Positions 9,836 through 24,553 of a stretch of DNA of 64,000 bases are shown here, in pieces. This stretch comes from an uncultured Pseudomonadota bacterium. GTDB lineage: Bacteria; Pseudomonadota; Alphaproteobacteria; JACZXZ01. Below the pieces are notes generated by a model, which saw only the letters and a program-made list of their open reading frames with translations, did no database searches and was not told the origin of the DNA. The position numbers and the translations under genes were made by a program. The stretch spans positions 416,001 to 480,000 of the forward strand of contig CAVVLJ010000020.1 in assembly GCA_963749075.1 (NCBI GenBank). Direction: 5' to 3'. Position 1 is the stretch's first letter. Each line of letters starts with the position of its first letter.

Positions 9836-10623
9836 CCGCTGCACCGCCCCGGCATCGACTGCTGCGCGCGCTCTACTGGGGAGCGGTCGTGTGCCTATTT
9901 CTGCCGCTCGGGCTGATGGCGCTGATGAGCGTCAAGGATGCGCCGATCGTGGGATTCCCCGTCGACAGCGTGACACAGCGCTGGTACGCCGCGGTGTTGG
10001 CCGACCGCGAGGTCGTGCAGGCTTTCGTCTACTCCTCGGCGGTCGCCGCCGCTTCGGCGTCGCTCGCCCTTCTGGCGGGCATGTGGACGTCGCTGGCGAT
10101 CGCCAGCCTCGCGAGCCCGGTGCTGCGCGCCCTGCTGTTCTCTGCCGCCTGCCTGCCGGCCGTCACGCCCGGCATCATCTCGGCAATCTCCCTTCGCATG
10201 TTCATAGCGCTTGTGGGCCTGGATCCCGGCTTCGCGGCGATCGTGCTCGGCCATGCCGCCCATGCGGTCCCATACGTCGTCGTCATCGCCGGCCTTCGCC
10301 TGCGCGCCATGCCGCAGCGCCTGACCGACGCGGCGCGCAATCTCGGGGCGACCGAAGCGCGCACGTTTCTGCACATAACGCTTCCCTGGTTGCGCCCCGC
10401 GATCGGCGCCGCGGCGGTGCTGGCGCTGCTCGAGAGCTTCGACGACTTTCTGCGCTCCTTCTTCCTCGGCGGCTACCGCCCGACGTTGCCGGTCCTGATT
10501 TACGGCCGGCTCTTTTCCGGGCTCTCGCCGGAGATCGGCGCCATCACGACGTTGGTGCTGGCATTGACCGTCGCCGTTGGGCTTTGCGCCGAACGGCTGC
10601 TCCGGCCGATGCGGCAGGATTGA
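9832..10623 (+). CDS. ABC permease, PotC-like
   Basis: DAARNLGA, ESFDDF and TLPVLIYG motifs. Confidence 0.88.
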   Translation: MTAAPPRHRLLRALYWGAVVCLFLPLGLMALMSVKDAPIVGFPVDSVTQRWYAAVLADREVVQAFVYSSAVAAASASLALLAGMWTSLAIASLASPVLRALLFSAACLPAVTPGIISAISLRMFIALVGLDPGFAAIVLGHAAHAVPYVVVIAGLRLRAMPQRLTDAARNLGATEARTFLHITLPWLRPAIGAAAVLALLESFDDFLRSFFLGGYRPTLPVLIYGRLFSGLSPEIGAITTLVLALTVAVGLCAERLLRPMRQD

Positions 10624-10657
10624 GCGGCCGGCGTTAGAAAGCGGCGTTAGAAAGCGA

Positions 10658-10687
10658 TTGACCGGCCGCGCGGGCGCCGCCCATACT
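10658..10687 (+). promoter_or_regulatory. Putative sigma70 promoter for the riboswitch/TBDR unit
   Basis: TTGACC-N18-CATACT immediately upstream of the riboswitch. Confidence 0.55.
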
Positions 10688-10691
10688 GAGC

Positions 10692-10860
10692 GTGATGGTT
10701 CCCCGTCTTGGGGATTAAAAGGGAACTGCGGTGCGGGCCTTTGCCCTATGCCGCGGCTGCCCCCGCAACTGTAAGCGGCGAGCCGAGCGTCATCGAAGCC
10801 ACTGGGAAACCGGGAAGGCGACGCAAGGCGAGGACCCGCGAGCCAGGAGACCTGCCATCG
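10692..10860 (+). ncRNA. Cobalamin (B12) riboswitch
   Basis: Hallmarks AAAAGGGAA..CGGTG, GCCCCCGCAACTGTAAG, GCCACTGGGAAACCGGGAAGGC and B12 box GAGCCAGGAGACCTGCC. Confidence 0.95.
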
Positions 10861-10985
10861 GCCGTGGTCACGCGCGAACACATTGGGCGGGGTGCACCGA
10901 TGGAGATCCGGAACTGTCTCTCGCCTGAGCGGGCGGCCGGACTTTGGTTCGTGGTGACGTGCTGCGTCGCCACGAGGTCCCTGCC

Positions 10986-12943
<1,958 letters not shown>

Positions 12944-12947
<4 letters not shown>

Positions 12948-13552
12948 TGCAGCCGGCTGCTGCAATTCCGGGCGCTGCGCCAGCGACGCCTCAGCGCGTC
13001 ACCGAACCCGACGGCGCCACTCTCGAGGTCTTTCTCCTGCCCTGCGACGAGGCGAGCCTCGTCGAGCTCTTGAGCGACCTCTTCGCGAACCACTGGCAGG
13101 AGATCACCTTCGGGCCGCTCATCCAGGGTGCCGCCTGGGAGATGCGGGCACCCTTCGCACCCACCCACGTCGGCATGCTCGACGGCTATCTGACCGTCGC
13201 CTTCGGCGCCTCGCACTTCCATCTCTGCATCGGCGCGCACAAGGGGACGCACCACAGCCCCACGCCCGAGGCACTGGCGCGCCATCGCCGTACGGCGCGC
13301 GCCGAGCTCTACCGGCGCCTCGACCGCGCGGGCGCGCCGATCTCATGGGCCCTGCGGCTCTTCAACGGCCACGGCGAGCAGCAGCTGACCATCCTTCTGC
13401 CCAATCCCTTCCTCTCGCCCGACGGGGACAAGGTCGCGAAGGCGCCCGACTGGTCGCGTCTGGCGCTTTGGGACCGCTTGCGCGCGCGCTGGCTCGGCCT
13501 CGGCGAGCCCGATCCACTCGACCGCTCCGGCCGCCGCTTCAGCCACGGCTGA
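12944..13552 (+). CDS. Hypothetical cytoplasmic protein in the B12-regulated operon
   Basis: ATGA overlap with the TBDR gene; globular sequence containing HFHLCIG. Confidence 0.75.
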
Positions 13553-13583
13553 GACCCCTCAACCTCGACAAGGAGATTTAGAA

Positions 13584-14156
13584 ATGCCGCAGCAAGACCC
13601 AGCGATCCTCGCCCCGTGGCGCCATTGGCTCTGGCTCGCCCTCCTGGTGGCGGCAAGCGTTGGCTTCAGCCTCGGCTTCGCCTGCGCGACACCCTTCGCC
13701 GCCTTCGCCGCGGCGGCCGCCCTCACGCTTAAGCGGCGCGATGCCCTTCTCCTCGCGGCCGCGGTCTGGCTCGCCAACCAGGTCGTCGGATTCGGCTTCC
13801 TCGCTTACCCCTGGACGGCGGAGACCCTCGCTTGGGGTGTCGCGCTCGGCGCCGCGACGGTGCTCGCCGCGATGGCCGCCCGGGCTACGGCGCTCGGCCT
13901 GAGCCAGCTCGGCCGGCTCGAGGCGGCGCTCGCCGCCTTCCTCGCGGCCTTCGCGGTCTACGAGGGGACGCTCCTCGCCGTAGCCTTGGCACTCCTCGGC
14001 GGCACGGACGCCTTCTCGCCGGAGATCGTCGGCCGCATCTTCGCCATCAATGGCGCCGCCTTCGCCGGTCTCCTGGTGCTCAACCGGCTCGCCCGCGTGG
14101 TCGGCCTCGCGGCCGGGCCCGATCTCCCGCTGCTCGCGACGGAACGGCACGCCTGA
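13584..14156 (+). CDS. Hypothetical integral membrane protein (about 5-6 TM)
   Basis: RBS AAGGAG; hydrophobic; same operon. Confidence 0.75.
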   Translation: MPQQDPAILAPWRHWLWLALLVAASVGFSLGFACATPFAAFAAAAALTLKRRDALLLAAAVWLANQVVGFGFLAYPWTAETLAWGVALGAATVLAAMAARATALGLSQLGRLEAALAAFLAAFAVYEGTLLAVALALLGGTDAFSPEIVGRIFAINGAAFAGLLVLNRLARVVGLAAGPDLPLLATERHA

Positions 14157-14159
14157 GGG

Positions 14160-14897
14160 ATGAACGCAGCCTCGCGCCTCGTCTCGCTGGCACTGCACGC
14201 CGCGGTGCTGGGTGCCGTCCTCGCGTGGCATTCGCCCGGCGGCACGCCCGACGCGGAGGCCATCGTCATCCCGGTCACCCTGGTGATCGCGGCGAGCGCC
14301 GCCACCGCGGCAAGCGCCGAGGCCCCGCGCGAAGCGGCGCCACCACCCGCTGCCGCAGAGCCCTCGGCCGCAGCCGCGATCGCCGAGACCCCGCCGCAGC
14401 CCTCGCCGCTGCCCGAGCGGAAGCGCAAGCCGAGGCGCGCGGTCGCGGCGGCTGCGCCGACGGCAGCGCCCGACCCGGGCGAGGCGCAAGTCCCGGCACC
14501 ACAGGCCGGGGCGGACGAGCCGCCGCCGGCCGCACCGTCTGCGAGTGCCGCGCCAACGGCCGCAAGTGCTGTGGCGTCCGCCTCGCCGCCGGCAGCGCGC
14601 GCGGCCGGACCCGGCGCCGACTATCTCGCCGAGATCGTGGCCTGGCTCGCGCGCTACAAGCGCTATCCCGATGAGGCTCGGCGGCGCCACGACGAGGGCA
14701 CCGTGCTCATCGCCTTTGCCATCGCCCGCGACGGGCGCGTGCTGTCCTCGGCCGTGCGTGGCGGCTCGGGCAGTGCGGCACTCGACGCGGCGGCCAAGGA
14801 CATGATCCGCCGCGCCGACCCGCTCCCCGCACCGCCCGCCTCCTATCCCGGAGAGCACCTCGAGCTCGTCCTCCCGGTGACTTTCAGCCTCGAGTGA
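14160..14897 (+). CDS. tonB: Energy transducer TonB
   Basis: N-terminal TM with S-x3-H, Pro/Ala linker, C-terminal YPDEARRRHDEGTVLIAFAIARDGRV..SGSAALDAAA. Confidence 0.88.
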   Translation: MNAASRLVSLALHAAVLGAVLAWHSPGGTPDAEAIVIPVTLVIAASAATAASAEAPREAAPPPAAAEPSAAAAIAETPPQPSPLPERKRKPRRAVAAAAPTAAPDPGEAQVPAPQAGADEPPPAAPSASAAPTAASAVASASPPAARAAGPGADYLAEIVAWLARYKRYPDEARRRHDEGTVLIAFAIARDGRVLSSAVRGGSGSAALDAAAKDMIRRADPLPAPPASYPGEHLELVLPVTFSLE

Positions 14898-15120
14898 GGC
14901 ACCCGCGGTAGTGCCTCACTTTGAAATTCTGGTGCGATTTCAGTTACGTGGGCCGGCCCCTGAGGGAGGGTTTGACTCGCGCTTTCCTGAGGAATCTGAT
15001 ACAGAAAGGACGCGAGAAATGAGTAAGGATTCTACACGTTTCAATAGGCCCGCGAGCGGGAAAAATGCTGGCAGATGCGACCGGCGTAGCCGTGATAGCC
15101 GCTCTGGCAAGGTGGGCGCA

Positions 15121-15393
15121 ATGATAGCCAATCGGACGAAGCAGGAAGAAGTAGATCGAAATTTTGCTTTCTTCGAGAGCGAGCTGCCAAAACTTTTGCC
15201 TCAGCAGGCCGGAAAATTCGCACTTATACGCGACCTGCAAATTGTTGGCTTCTACGATACCATCCATGATGCCTATACCTCCGGTACAAAGATGTATTCG
15301 GATAATCTATTTTCAATACAGCAGGTGACCAAACAGGCTGTGGATTTGGGAGTCTTTTCTCATGCCATGCATTTGGGGACAGCACAGCGGTAA
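15121..15393 (+). CDS. Small hypothetical protein, DUF5678-like
   Basis: Low-GC islet; NFAFFESELPKLL..GKFALIRDLQIVGFYDTIHDAY pattern; overlaps the protease gene. Confidence 0.6.
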   Translation: MIANRTKQEEVDRNFAFFESELPKLLPQQAGKFALIRDLQIVGFYDTIHDAYTSGTKMYSDNLFSIQQVTKQAVDLGVFSHAMHLGTAQR

Positions 15394-15847
15394 GCAACTT
15401 ATCTGTGCGGTATCTATCTTTCCGTCGACCGTTCTAACTCCTTCTGGAGGGGTGCCGCCGCATCTAGCGGGCGCAGCTACTTTCCCTACCTTGATTGACA
15501 CTGGGGCCGATTCCACGGGAATTAGCACGAAAGTTGCGACACAATTACAGTTACAGCCGCAAGGAAAATTTTCAGTCCACGGGGTGGGCGGTACTCGTCC
15601 TCATAATTTTTATTTTTTTGTTCTTGGTTTTCCGTTCGCAATACCTCCAGGTTCTCCTCTTCTTTCCGGCCTGCCGCCACCTGACCCAGGGCATGCTCAC
15701 GCCCAACTTCATGGTTTAGCGCAAGTGATCCGCGGCTGCGAATTTGACAGTACGGGTGCGGGGTTCGAGGTCATTTTGGGGATGGATATAATCTCGACGG
15801 GGGTCTTAGTGGTCCAGGGGCTCAATAGCTTTAGCTTTTCGTTTTGA
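15362..15847 (+). CDS. Retropepsin-like (clan AA) aspartic protease
   Basis: LIDTGADST catalytic motif, VHGVGG flap-like segment and VILGMDII motif. Confidence 0.8.
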   Translation: MPCIWGQHSGKQLICAVSIFPSTVLTPSGGVPPHLAGAATFPTLIDTGADSTGISTKVATQLQLQPQGKFSVHGVGGTRPHNFYFFVLGFPFAIPPGSPLLSGLPPPDPGHAHAQLHGLAQVIRGCEFDSTGAGFEVILGMDIISTGVLVVQGLNSFSFSF

Positions 15848-15970
15848 AAAGATGGGTGTCGTTAGCCTCCTAAGCGGCGGGAGCACACTTGCGCGCCCCC
15901 CGCTTCGTTGACGGCCGAGCGCGCCGCGTGCCAGAGTGGCGGCCCGTAACCGCAACGACGCCGGGCCGCC

Positions 15971-17185
15971 ATGGATTTTTCCTACTCGCCCAAGGTCGAG
16001 CGCCTCCTGAAGGAGCTCCGCGAGTTCATGGACCAGGTGGTCTATCCCAACGAGCGGCGCTTCTACGAGGAGCTCGAGGCGGCTGCCGAGCGCTGGACGA
16101 CGCCGCCCATCATGGAGGCGATGAAGACGGAGGCGCGCGCCGCGGGCCTGTGGAACCTCTTCCTCCCCGAGGCCGAATGGGGGGCGGGCTTGAGCAACCT
16201 CGAATACGCGCCGCTCGCCGAGGTCATGGGCCGCTCGCCCATCGCGTCGGAGGTCTTCAACTGCTCGGCCCCCGATACCGGCAACATGGAGGTGCTCGCC
16301 CGCTACGGCACGAGGCAGCAGCAGGAGCGCTGGCTCGTCCCGCTCTTGGAGGGCCGCATCCGCTCGGCCTTCGCCATGACCGAGCCGCACGTCGCCTCCT
16401 CGGACGCCACCAACATCTCCTCGCGCATCGAGCACGACGGTGGCGACTACGTGATCAACGGCCACAAATGGTGGTGCTCGGGTGCTGGCAACGCGGCTTG
16501 CGAGATCCTCATCTTCATGGGCAAGAGCGATCCCTCCGCCGCGCGCCACAAGCAGCAGTCCATGATCCTCGTGCCGCGCCGCACGCCGGGCGTCAACATC
16601 GTCCGCCCGCTACCGGTCTTCGGCTACGACCACGCGCCCCACGGCCACTGGGAGATCAGGTTCGAGAACGTGCGCGTGCCCGCCGCCAACATGCTGCTCG
16701 GCGAGGGGCGCGGCTTCGAGATCGCGCAAGGCCGCCTGGGCCCCGGCCGCATCCACCACTGCATGCGCGCGGTCGGCATGGCCGAGCGCGCACTCGAGGC
16801 CATGCGCGCGCGCGCCAAGAGCCGCGTCGCCTTCGGCCGGCCGATCGGCGAGCACGGTGCCGCCGCCGACATGATCGCGCGCTCGCGCATCGAGATCGAG
16901 CAGGCCCGCCTCCTCGTGCTCAAGGCCGCCTACATGATGGACACGGTCGGCAACAAGGCGGCGCGCAGCGAGATCGCCATGATCAAGGTGCTCGCCCCCA
17001 ACATGGCGCTCCAGGTCATCGACCGCGCCATCCAGCTCCACGGCGCTGCCGGCGTCTCCGAGGACTTCGGCCTGGCGCACGCCTGGGCGCAGGCGCGCAC
17101 GCTCCGCATCGTCGACGGGCCCGACGAGGTGCATGTGGCGCAGCTCGCCCGCCTCGAGCTCGCGAGGAACACCGCCCTCTCGTGA
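15971..17185 (+). CDS. Acyl-CoA dehydrogenase
   Basis: [35 protein letters not shown] and [10 protein letters not shown] motifs. Confidence 0.95.
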   Translation: MDFSYSPKVERLLKELREFMDQVVYPNERRFYEELEAAAERWTTPPIMEAMKTEARAAGLWNLFLPEAEWGAGLSNLEYAPLAEVMGRSPIASEVFNCSAPDTGNMEVLARYGTRQQQERWLVPLLEGRIRSAFAMTEPHVASSDATNISSRIEHDGGDYVINGHKWWCSGAGNAACEILIFMGKSDPSAARHKQQSMILVPRRTPGVNIVRPLPVFGYDHAPHGHWEIRFENVRVPAANMLLGEGRGFEIAQGRLGPGRIHHCMRAVGMAERALEAMRARAKSRVAFGRPIGEHGAAADMIARSRIEIEQARLLVLKAAYMMDTVGNKAARSEIAMIKVLAPNMALQVIDRAIQLHGAAGVSEDFGLAHAWAQARTLRIVDGPDEVHVAQLARLELARNTALS

Positions 17186-17444
17186 GCGCCGGGCCGGAGC
17201 ACTTTCGCAGTGCAGCAGGCGGTTCCGCTCGCGTTGACGCGTTTGCGCCGCTGTGCGACAGTGCGGGAAGGGCTCGCAGAAGCTATCCGCAGCTGCGCAG
17301 GCGGCAACCATAAAGCGATAAAGTGCGGATGCAGGGAGACGCTCGCGTGAGGGACCGGCCGGTCGGATCTCGGTTGCGGCAACGCAGTTCCACGGCCTCT
17401 CCGGGCCCGTCCCGCGGCGTCGGCGGTGCTGCCGCGGAGGTGCG

Positions 17445-18266
17445 GTGAGCGCGCTGCCGCATGCGGCTCAGGCGGGCCTGCCCGACGCCGTTGCGCTGCC
17501 GCGGCCGCTTCTCGAGGTGAAGGGCCTCAGCCTCCGCTTCGGCGGCATCCTCGCCCTCGACCGGGTCTCCTTCTCCGTGGGCGAGGGCGAGATCGTCGGC
17601 CTCATCGGACCGAACGGGGCGGGCAAGACGACGCTCTTCAACATCCTCTCGCGCCTCTACCGGCCCGCCTTGGGCGAGGTGCGCTTCGATGGCGGCAATC
17701 TCCTGGCGCTGCCGCCGCACCGCATCGCCGCGGCCGGCATCGGGCGGACCTTCCAGAACCTCGCCCTTTTCGGCTCCATGAGCGTGCTCGACAACGTCAT
17801 GGTGGGCGGCCACGCCAGGGGAGAGAGCGGCTTTCTCGGCAACGCGCTCCGCCTCTCCGCGGTGCGCCGCGAGGAGGCCCGCCTCGGCGAGGCGGCGCGC
17901 CGCATGCTCGATCTCGTCGGGCTCGCGGCACTCGCCGAGCGTCCCGCAGCCAGCCTTCCCTTCGGCACGCAGAAGCGCGTCGAGATCGCCCGCGCGCTGG
18001 CGAGCCGGCCGCGGCTTCTCCTCCTCGACGAGCCGGCGAGCGGCCTCAACCACGAGGAGGTGGCCGAGCTCAGCGCCCTCCTCCTCCGCATCCGCACGGC
18101 CCTCGGACTCACCATGCTGCTCGTCGAGCATCACATGAGCTTCGTCATGGCTGTCAGCGACCGGGTGGTGGCGCTCGACATCGGCCGCGTCATCGCCGAG
18201 GGCACGCCTGCCGAGGTGCAGGCGGACAAGGCGGTGATCGAAGCCTATCTGGGGCAGGCGCCGTGA
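17445..18266 (+). CDS. Branched-chain-type ABC ATP-binding protein (LivG-like)
   Basis: GPNGAGKTT, RTFQNLALF, LLDEPASGLN and VIEAYLG motifs. Confidence 0.92.
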   Translation: MSALPHAAQAGLPDAVALPRPLLEVKGLSLRFGGILALDRVSFSVGEGEIVGLIGPNGAGKTTLFNILSRLYRPALGEVRFDGGNLLALPPHRIAAAGIGRTFQNLALFGSMSVLDNVMVGGHARGESGFLGNALRLSAVRREEARLGEAARRMLDLVGLAALAERPAASLPFGTQKRVEIARALASRPRLLLLDEPASGLNHEEVAELSALLLRIRTALGLTMLLVEHHMSFVMAVSDRVVALDIGRVIAEGTPAEVQADKAVIEAYLGQAP

Positions 18267-18979
18267 CGGCGCTCCTCCTCGAGGTCGCCCAGCTGCGCGC
18301 CGCCTATGGGCCGACCGAGGTGCTGCACGGCATCGACTTCGCGCTCCCCGAGGGCGGCATCACGGCCCTCCTCGGCGCCAATGGTGCCGGCAAGACGACG
18401 ACGCTCCGTGCCGTCTGCGGCATGGTGGCGCGGAAGGGCGAGATCCGCTTCATGGGCCAGCGCGTCGACGGCAAGGCGACCGAGGACATCGTGCGCCTGG
18501 GCGTCGCCCACGTGCCCGAGGGGCGCGGCACCTTCGTCGGCCTCTCGGTCGAGGAGAACCTGCGCATCGGCGCCTACGGCCGCCGCGTGCGCCAGGGCGT
18601 GGCGGCGGATATCGCGCGCATGTACCAGTATTTCCCGCAGCTTGCCGAGCGGCGCCGCCAGCAGGCCGGCACGCTCTCCGGCGGCGAGCAGCAGATGCTG
18701 GCGATCGCGCGGGCCCTCATGCTGCGCCCGCGCCTTCTCGTGCTCGACGAGCCGTCCTTCGGGCTGGCGCCGCTCATGGTGGCGAGCATCTTCCGCATCA
18801 TGGAGACGGTGCGGCGCGAGGAGAGCGTCAGCATCCTCCTCGTCGAGCAGAACGCCGGCTTAGCCCTCGAGCTCGCCGACCACGCCTATCTCCTCGAGAC
18901 CGGCCGCGTGGTGATGGCGGGCACTGCCGAGGCGTTCCGCCGGAACGAGCAGGTGCGGCGCTCCTACCTCGGGATCTAG
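18263..18979 (+). CDS. Branched-chain-type ABC ATP-binding protein (LivF-like)
   Basis: GTG start overlaps the upstream stop; GANGAGKTT, LSGGEQQMLAIAR and VRRSYLG motifs. Confidence 0.92.
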   Translation: MTALLLEVAQLRAAYGPTEVLHGIDFALPEGGITALLGANGAGKTTTLRAVCGMVARKGEIRFMGQRVDGKATEDIVRLGVAHVPEGRGTFVGLSVEENLRIGAYGRRVRQGVAADIARMYQYFPQLAERRRQQAGTLSGGEQQMLAIARALMLRPRLLVLDEPSFGLAPLMVASIFRIMETVRREESVSILLVEQNAGLALELADHAYLLETGRVVMAGTAEAFRRNEQVRRSYLGI

Positions 18980-19011
18980 GGCTGCGCATGGAAACGTTGG
19001 TGCGAGAGATA

Positions 19012-19110
19012 CCCCCCACCCCATCCCTCCCCCTCGAGGGGGGAGGGGGAATGCATGCCATGGCAACGGAGTACCCCTCCCCCCTTGTGGGGGAGGGTAG
19101 GGAGGGGGGT
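19012..19110. repeat. Intergenic palindromic REP-like element (CCCTCCCCC..GGGGGAGGG doublet)
   Basis: Two C/G-rich hairpins within a larger inverted repeat; same architecture as 62029-62180. Confidence 0.6.
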
Positions 19111-19149
19111 GGATCAAGCGTCAACGGTGCCCGGCACTAGGCGGCGCGC

Positions 19150-20020
19150 ATGGATCAGCTCCTCCAGCAAATCCTCTCCGGCCTCGCCACGGGCGCCATC
19201 TATGCGAGCCTGGCGCTGGCGCTCGTCATGATCTACCAGGCGACGGAATCGGTGAATTTCGCCCAGGGCGAGATGGCGATGTTCTCCACCTACATCGCCT
19301 GGACGCTGGTCGAGGCGGGGCTGCCCTTCTGGGCCGCCTTTGTGCTGACCGTGGCCATCTCCTTCCTCGGCGGCGTCCTCATCGAGCGCGTCATCATCCG
19401 ACCCGTCGAGAACGCACCCGTGCTCTCCCAGGTCATCGTCTTCATCGGGCTCCTCGTCATCTTCAACAGCACGGCGGGCTGGATCTTCACCTACACGATC
19501 AAGGAATTCCCGAGCCCCTTCGGCGATACGCCGCTCTTGGGCGACATGATCACCTCGAGCGAGCTCGGCGTGATCGGGGTGACGCTCGTCGTGCTGGCGC
19601 TGCTCTACGTCTTCTTCCGCTTCACCCCGCTCGGCTTCGCCATGCGCGCGGCGGCGCAGAACCCGGTCTCGGCGCGGCTCGTCGGCATCCGCGTGGGCTG
19701 GATGCTGGCGATCGGCTGGGGCCTCGCGGCGGCGGTCGGTGCCGTCGCCGGCATCATGGTGGCGCCGGTGCTCTTTCTCGACCCCAACATGATGAGCGGC
19801 GTGCTGCTCTATGCCTTTGCAGGAGCGCTCCTCGGCGGCATCACGAGCCCGGGCGGCGCCGTGGTGGGCGGCCTCCTCGTGGGCGTGCTGGAGAACCTCG
19901 TCGGCACCTACCTGATCGCGACCGAGCTCAAGCTGACGGTTGCCTTGACGCGTCATCATCATTATCCTCGTGGTCAAGCCGAGCGGCCTGTTCGGCGCCG
20001 CCATCGTGAAACGGGTCTAG
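19150..20020 (+). CDS. Branched-chain-type ABC permease (LivH-like), frameshift near 19950
   Basis: VNFAQGE and AMRAAAQNP motifs; the C-terminus ILVVKPSGLFG...KRV* is in another frame. Confidence 0.82.
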
Positions 20021-20022
20021 CC

Positions 20023-21073
20023 ATGGTCGGGACGGCCGAGACCGCGAACGTCGAGCTGCCCGGGGCGCGCATCGCCGGTCTGCTCTGCGTCCGCCTGGCG
20101 CCGGCTCGGCGCGCTCGCGGCGCTGGCGGCAGCACTCCTGTTGCCCTGGCTCATCAGCGACTTCCGCACCTTCCAGTTCACTCTCGCAATGATCTACGCG
20201 ATCGCCCTTCTCGGCCTCAATCTCTTGACCGGCTACAACGGCCAGATCTCGCTCGGCCACGGCGCCTTCTTCGCGATCGGCGGCTATACCGCGGCGATCC
20301 TCATCCACCGCTGGGGCGTGCCCTACTACCTGACGCTGCCGCCGGCGGGCCTGCTCGCGTTCGCGGTCGGCTTCCTCTTCGGGCTGCCGGCGCTGCGCCT
20401 CGAGGGGCTCTACCTCGCCCTCGTGACCCTCTCGCTGGCGGTCGCCGCGCCGCAGTTCCTCAAATACTTTGACGGTTGGAGCGGCGGCTCCCAGGGCATC
20501 CTCATCAGCAAGCCCGCGGCACCGGCCTGGTTCCCCGTGGGCAACGACCGCTGGCTCTACTATCTCGTGCTGGCGGCACTCGTCCTCGTCTTCTGGGTCG
20601 GGCGCAATCTCTTGCAGAGCCGCACCGGGCGCGCGCTGGTCGCCATCCGCGACCACCCGATCTCGGCGACCGCGATGGGCATCAACACCGCCTTCTACAA
20701 GACGACGGCGTTCGGCGTGAGCGCCGCCATGACGGGGATCGCAGGCGCGCTCGCCGCCATCGTCACGGCCTTCGTGGCGCCCGACAGCTTCAGCCCGTTC
20801 CTCTCGATCTCCTTCATCGTAGGCTCCGTGGTCGGCGGCATCGCGACCATCTCGGGTGCCGTCTTCGGCGGCATCTTCATCCAGTTCATCCCCAACATCG
20901 CGGGCGACATTTCCGACGCCGCACCCTGGGCGATCTACGGACTGTTCCTCATCGCCTTCATGTATTTGATGCCCAAGGGCATCGCCGGTACCCTCGCGGA
21001 GCTCATTGGACGGCTTGCCGCCGGGCGGGCGGCAGCCGAAGCCAAGCCGGTGACCGATCCGGCAAGATACTGA
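20023..21073 (+). CDS. Branched-chain-type ABC permease (LivM-like), probable frameshift in the 5' part
   Basis: LNLLTGYNGQISLGHGAFF, LRLEGLYLAL and GRALVAIRD motifs; the ATG at 20023 is out of frame with the body. Confidence 0.8.
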
Positions 21074-21104
21074 TCGAACGACGGCTCAACAAGGGAGGAT
21101 AGCC

Positions 21105-22329
21105 ATGACGCTCAAGAGACGAGACCTGATGATGGCGGCGTCAGTCGCGGCACTGGCGCTCGCGTGCGGCCCGGCCAAGGCCGAGAAGATGTACGGCCCC
21201 GGTGTCAGCGACACCGAGATCAAGATCGGCAACACCAATCCCTATAGCGGCCCGGCCTCCGCCTACGGCACGATCGGCAAATCGATCGCCGCTTATTTCG
21301 CACATGATCAACGACCAAGGCGGCATCAACGGGCGCAAGATCGACTTCATCTCGCTCGACGACGGCTACAGCCCGCCGAGGACGGTCGAGCAGACGCGCC
21401 GGCTCGTCGAGGAGGAAAAGGTGCTGCTCGATTTCCAGCCCCTCGGCACGCCCTGCAATACGGCGATCGAGCCCTACATGAACGAGAAGAAGGTGCCCCA
21501 GATCTTCGTCGCCACGGGGGCCACCAAGTGGAACGACCCCAAGCACTTCCCCTGGACCATGGGCTGGCAGCCCAACTACCAGATCGAGGGGCGCATCTAC
21601 GCCGCCTATATCCTGAAGAACATTCCCGACGCCAAGATCGCCATCCTCTACCAGAACGACGACTACGGGAAGGACTATGTCAAGGGGATGATGGATGGGC
21701 TCGGCGACAAGGCCGCAAAGATGGTGGTGGCGCAGAAGTCCTACGAGACCTCGGACCCGACCGTCGATTCCCAGATCGTGGCGCTCAAGGCAAGCGGCGC
21801 CAACGTCTTCTTCAACGTGACGACGCCCAAGTTCGCCTCCCAGGCGATCCGCAAGGCCTACGACATCGGCTGGAAGCAGACCGAGTTCCTCAACAACGTC
21901 TCGAACTCGGTGAGCGCCGTGTTGCAGCCGGCTGGACTCGACAAGTCGGTCGGCATCATCTCCTCCACCTACTACAGGGACCCGGTCGATCCGCAGTGGC
22001 AGAACACCCAGGCGTACAAGGACTGGCGGGCCTGGATGAACAAGTACCTGCCGAACGGCAACCTCGGCGATGCCTTCAACGTCTACGGCTATCTTGCGGC
22101 GCAGACGATGGTCCAGGTCCTCAAGCAGGCCGGCGACGATCTCACACGCGAGAACATCATGAAGCAGGCGGCCAGCATCAAGGACCTCGAGCTCCCCATG
22201 CTGCTGCCGGGCATCAAGATCTCGACCGGCCCGAACGACTTCGCGCCGATCAAGCAGATGCAGCTCATGAAGTTCGACGGCAAATCCTGGGAGCTCTTCG
22301 GCCCCGTGCTGTCTGCGGCGGGAAGCTGA
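21105..22329 (+). CDS. ABC substrate-binding protein (Liv/PBP6 family), frameshift near 21300
   Basis: Signal plus GPGVSDTEIKIG...GPASAYG in one frame; MINDQGGINGRKI...DDGYSPP continues in another. Confidence 0.85.
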
Positions 22330-22366
22330 GCCGGGAGCGGCGGCGGCGGAGCCGAGAGGAGAGCCT

Positions 22367-24466
<2,100 letters not shown>

Positions 24467-24553
24467 GCGGTCGGCTTCCATGATGCATTCCGGGCGCGGC
24501 CGCCATGCGCTATACAATCATGGGGAGAGCAAGCGGCGCGGTCCGGAGGCACC

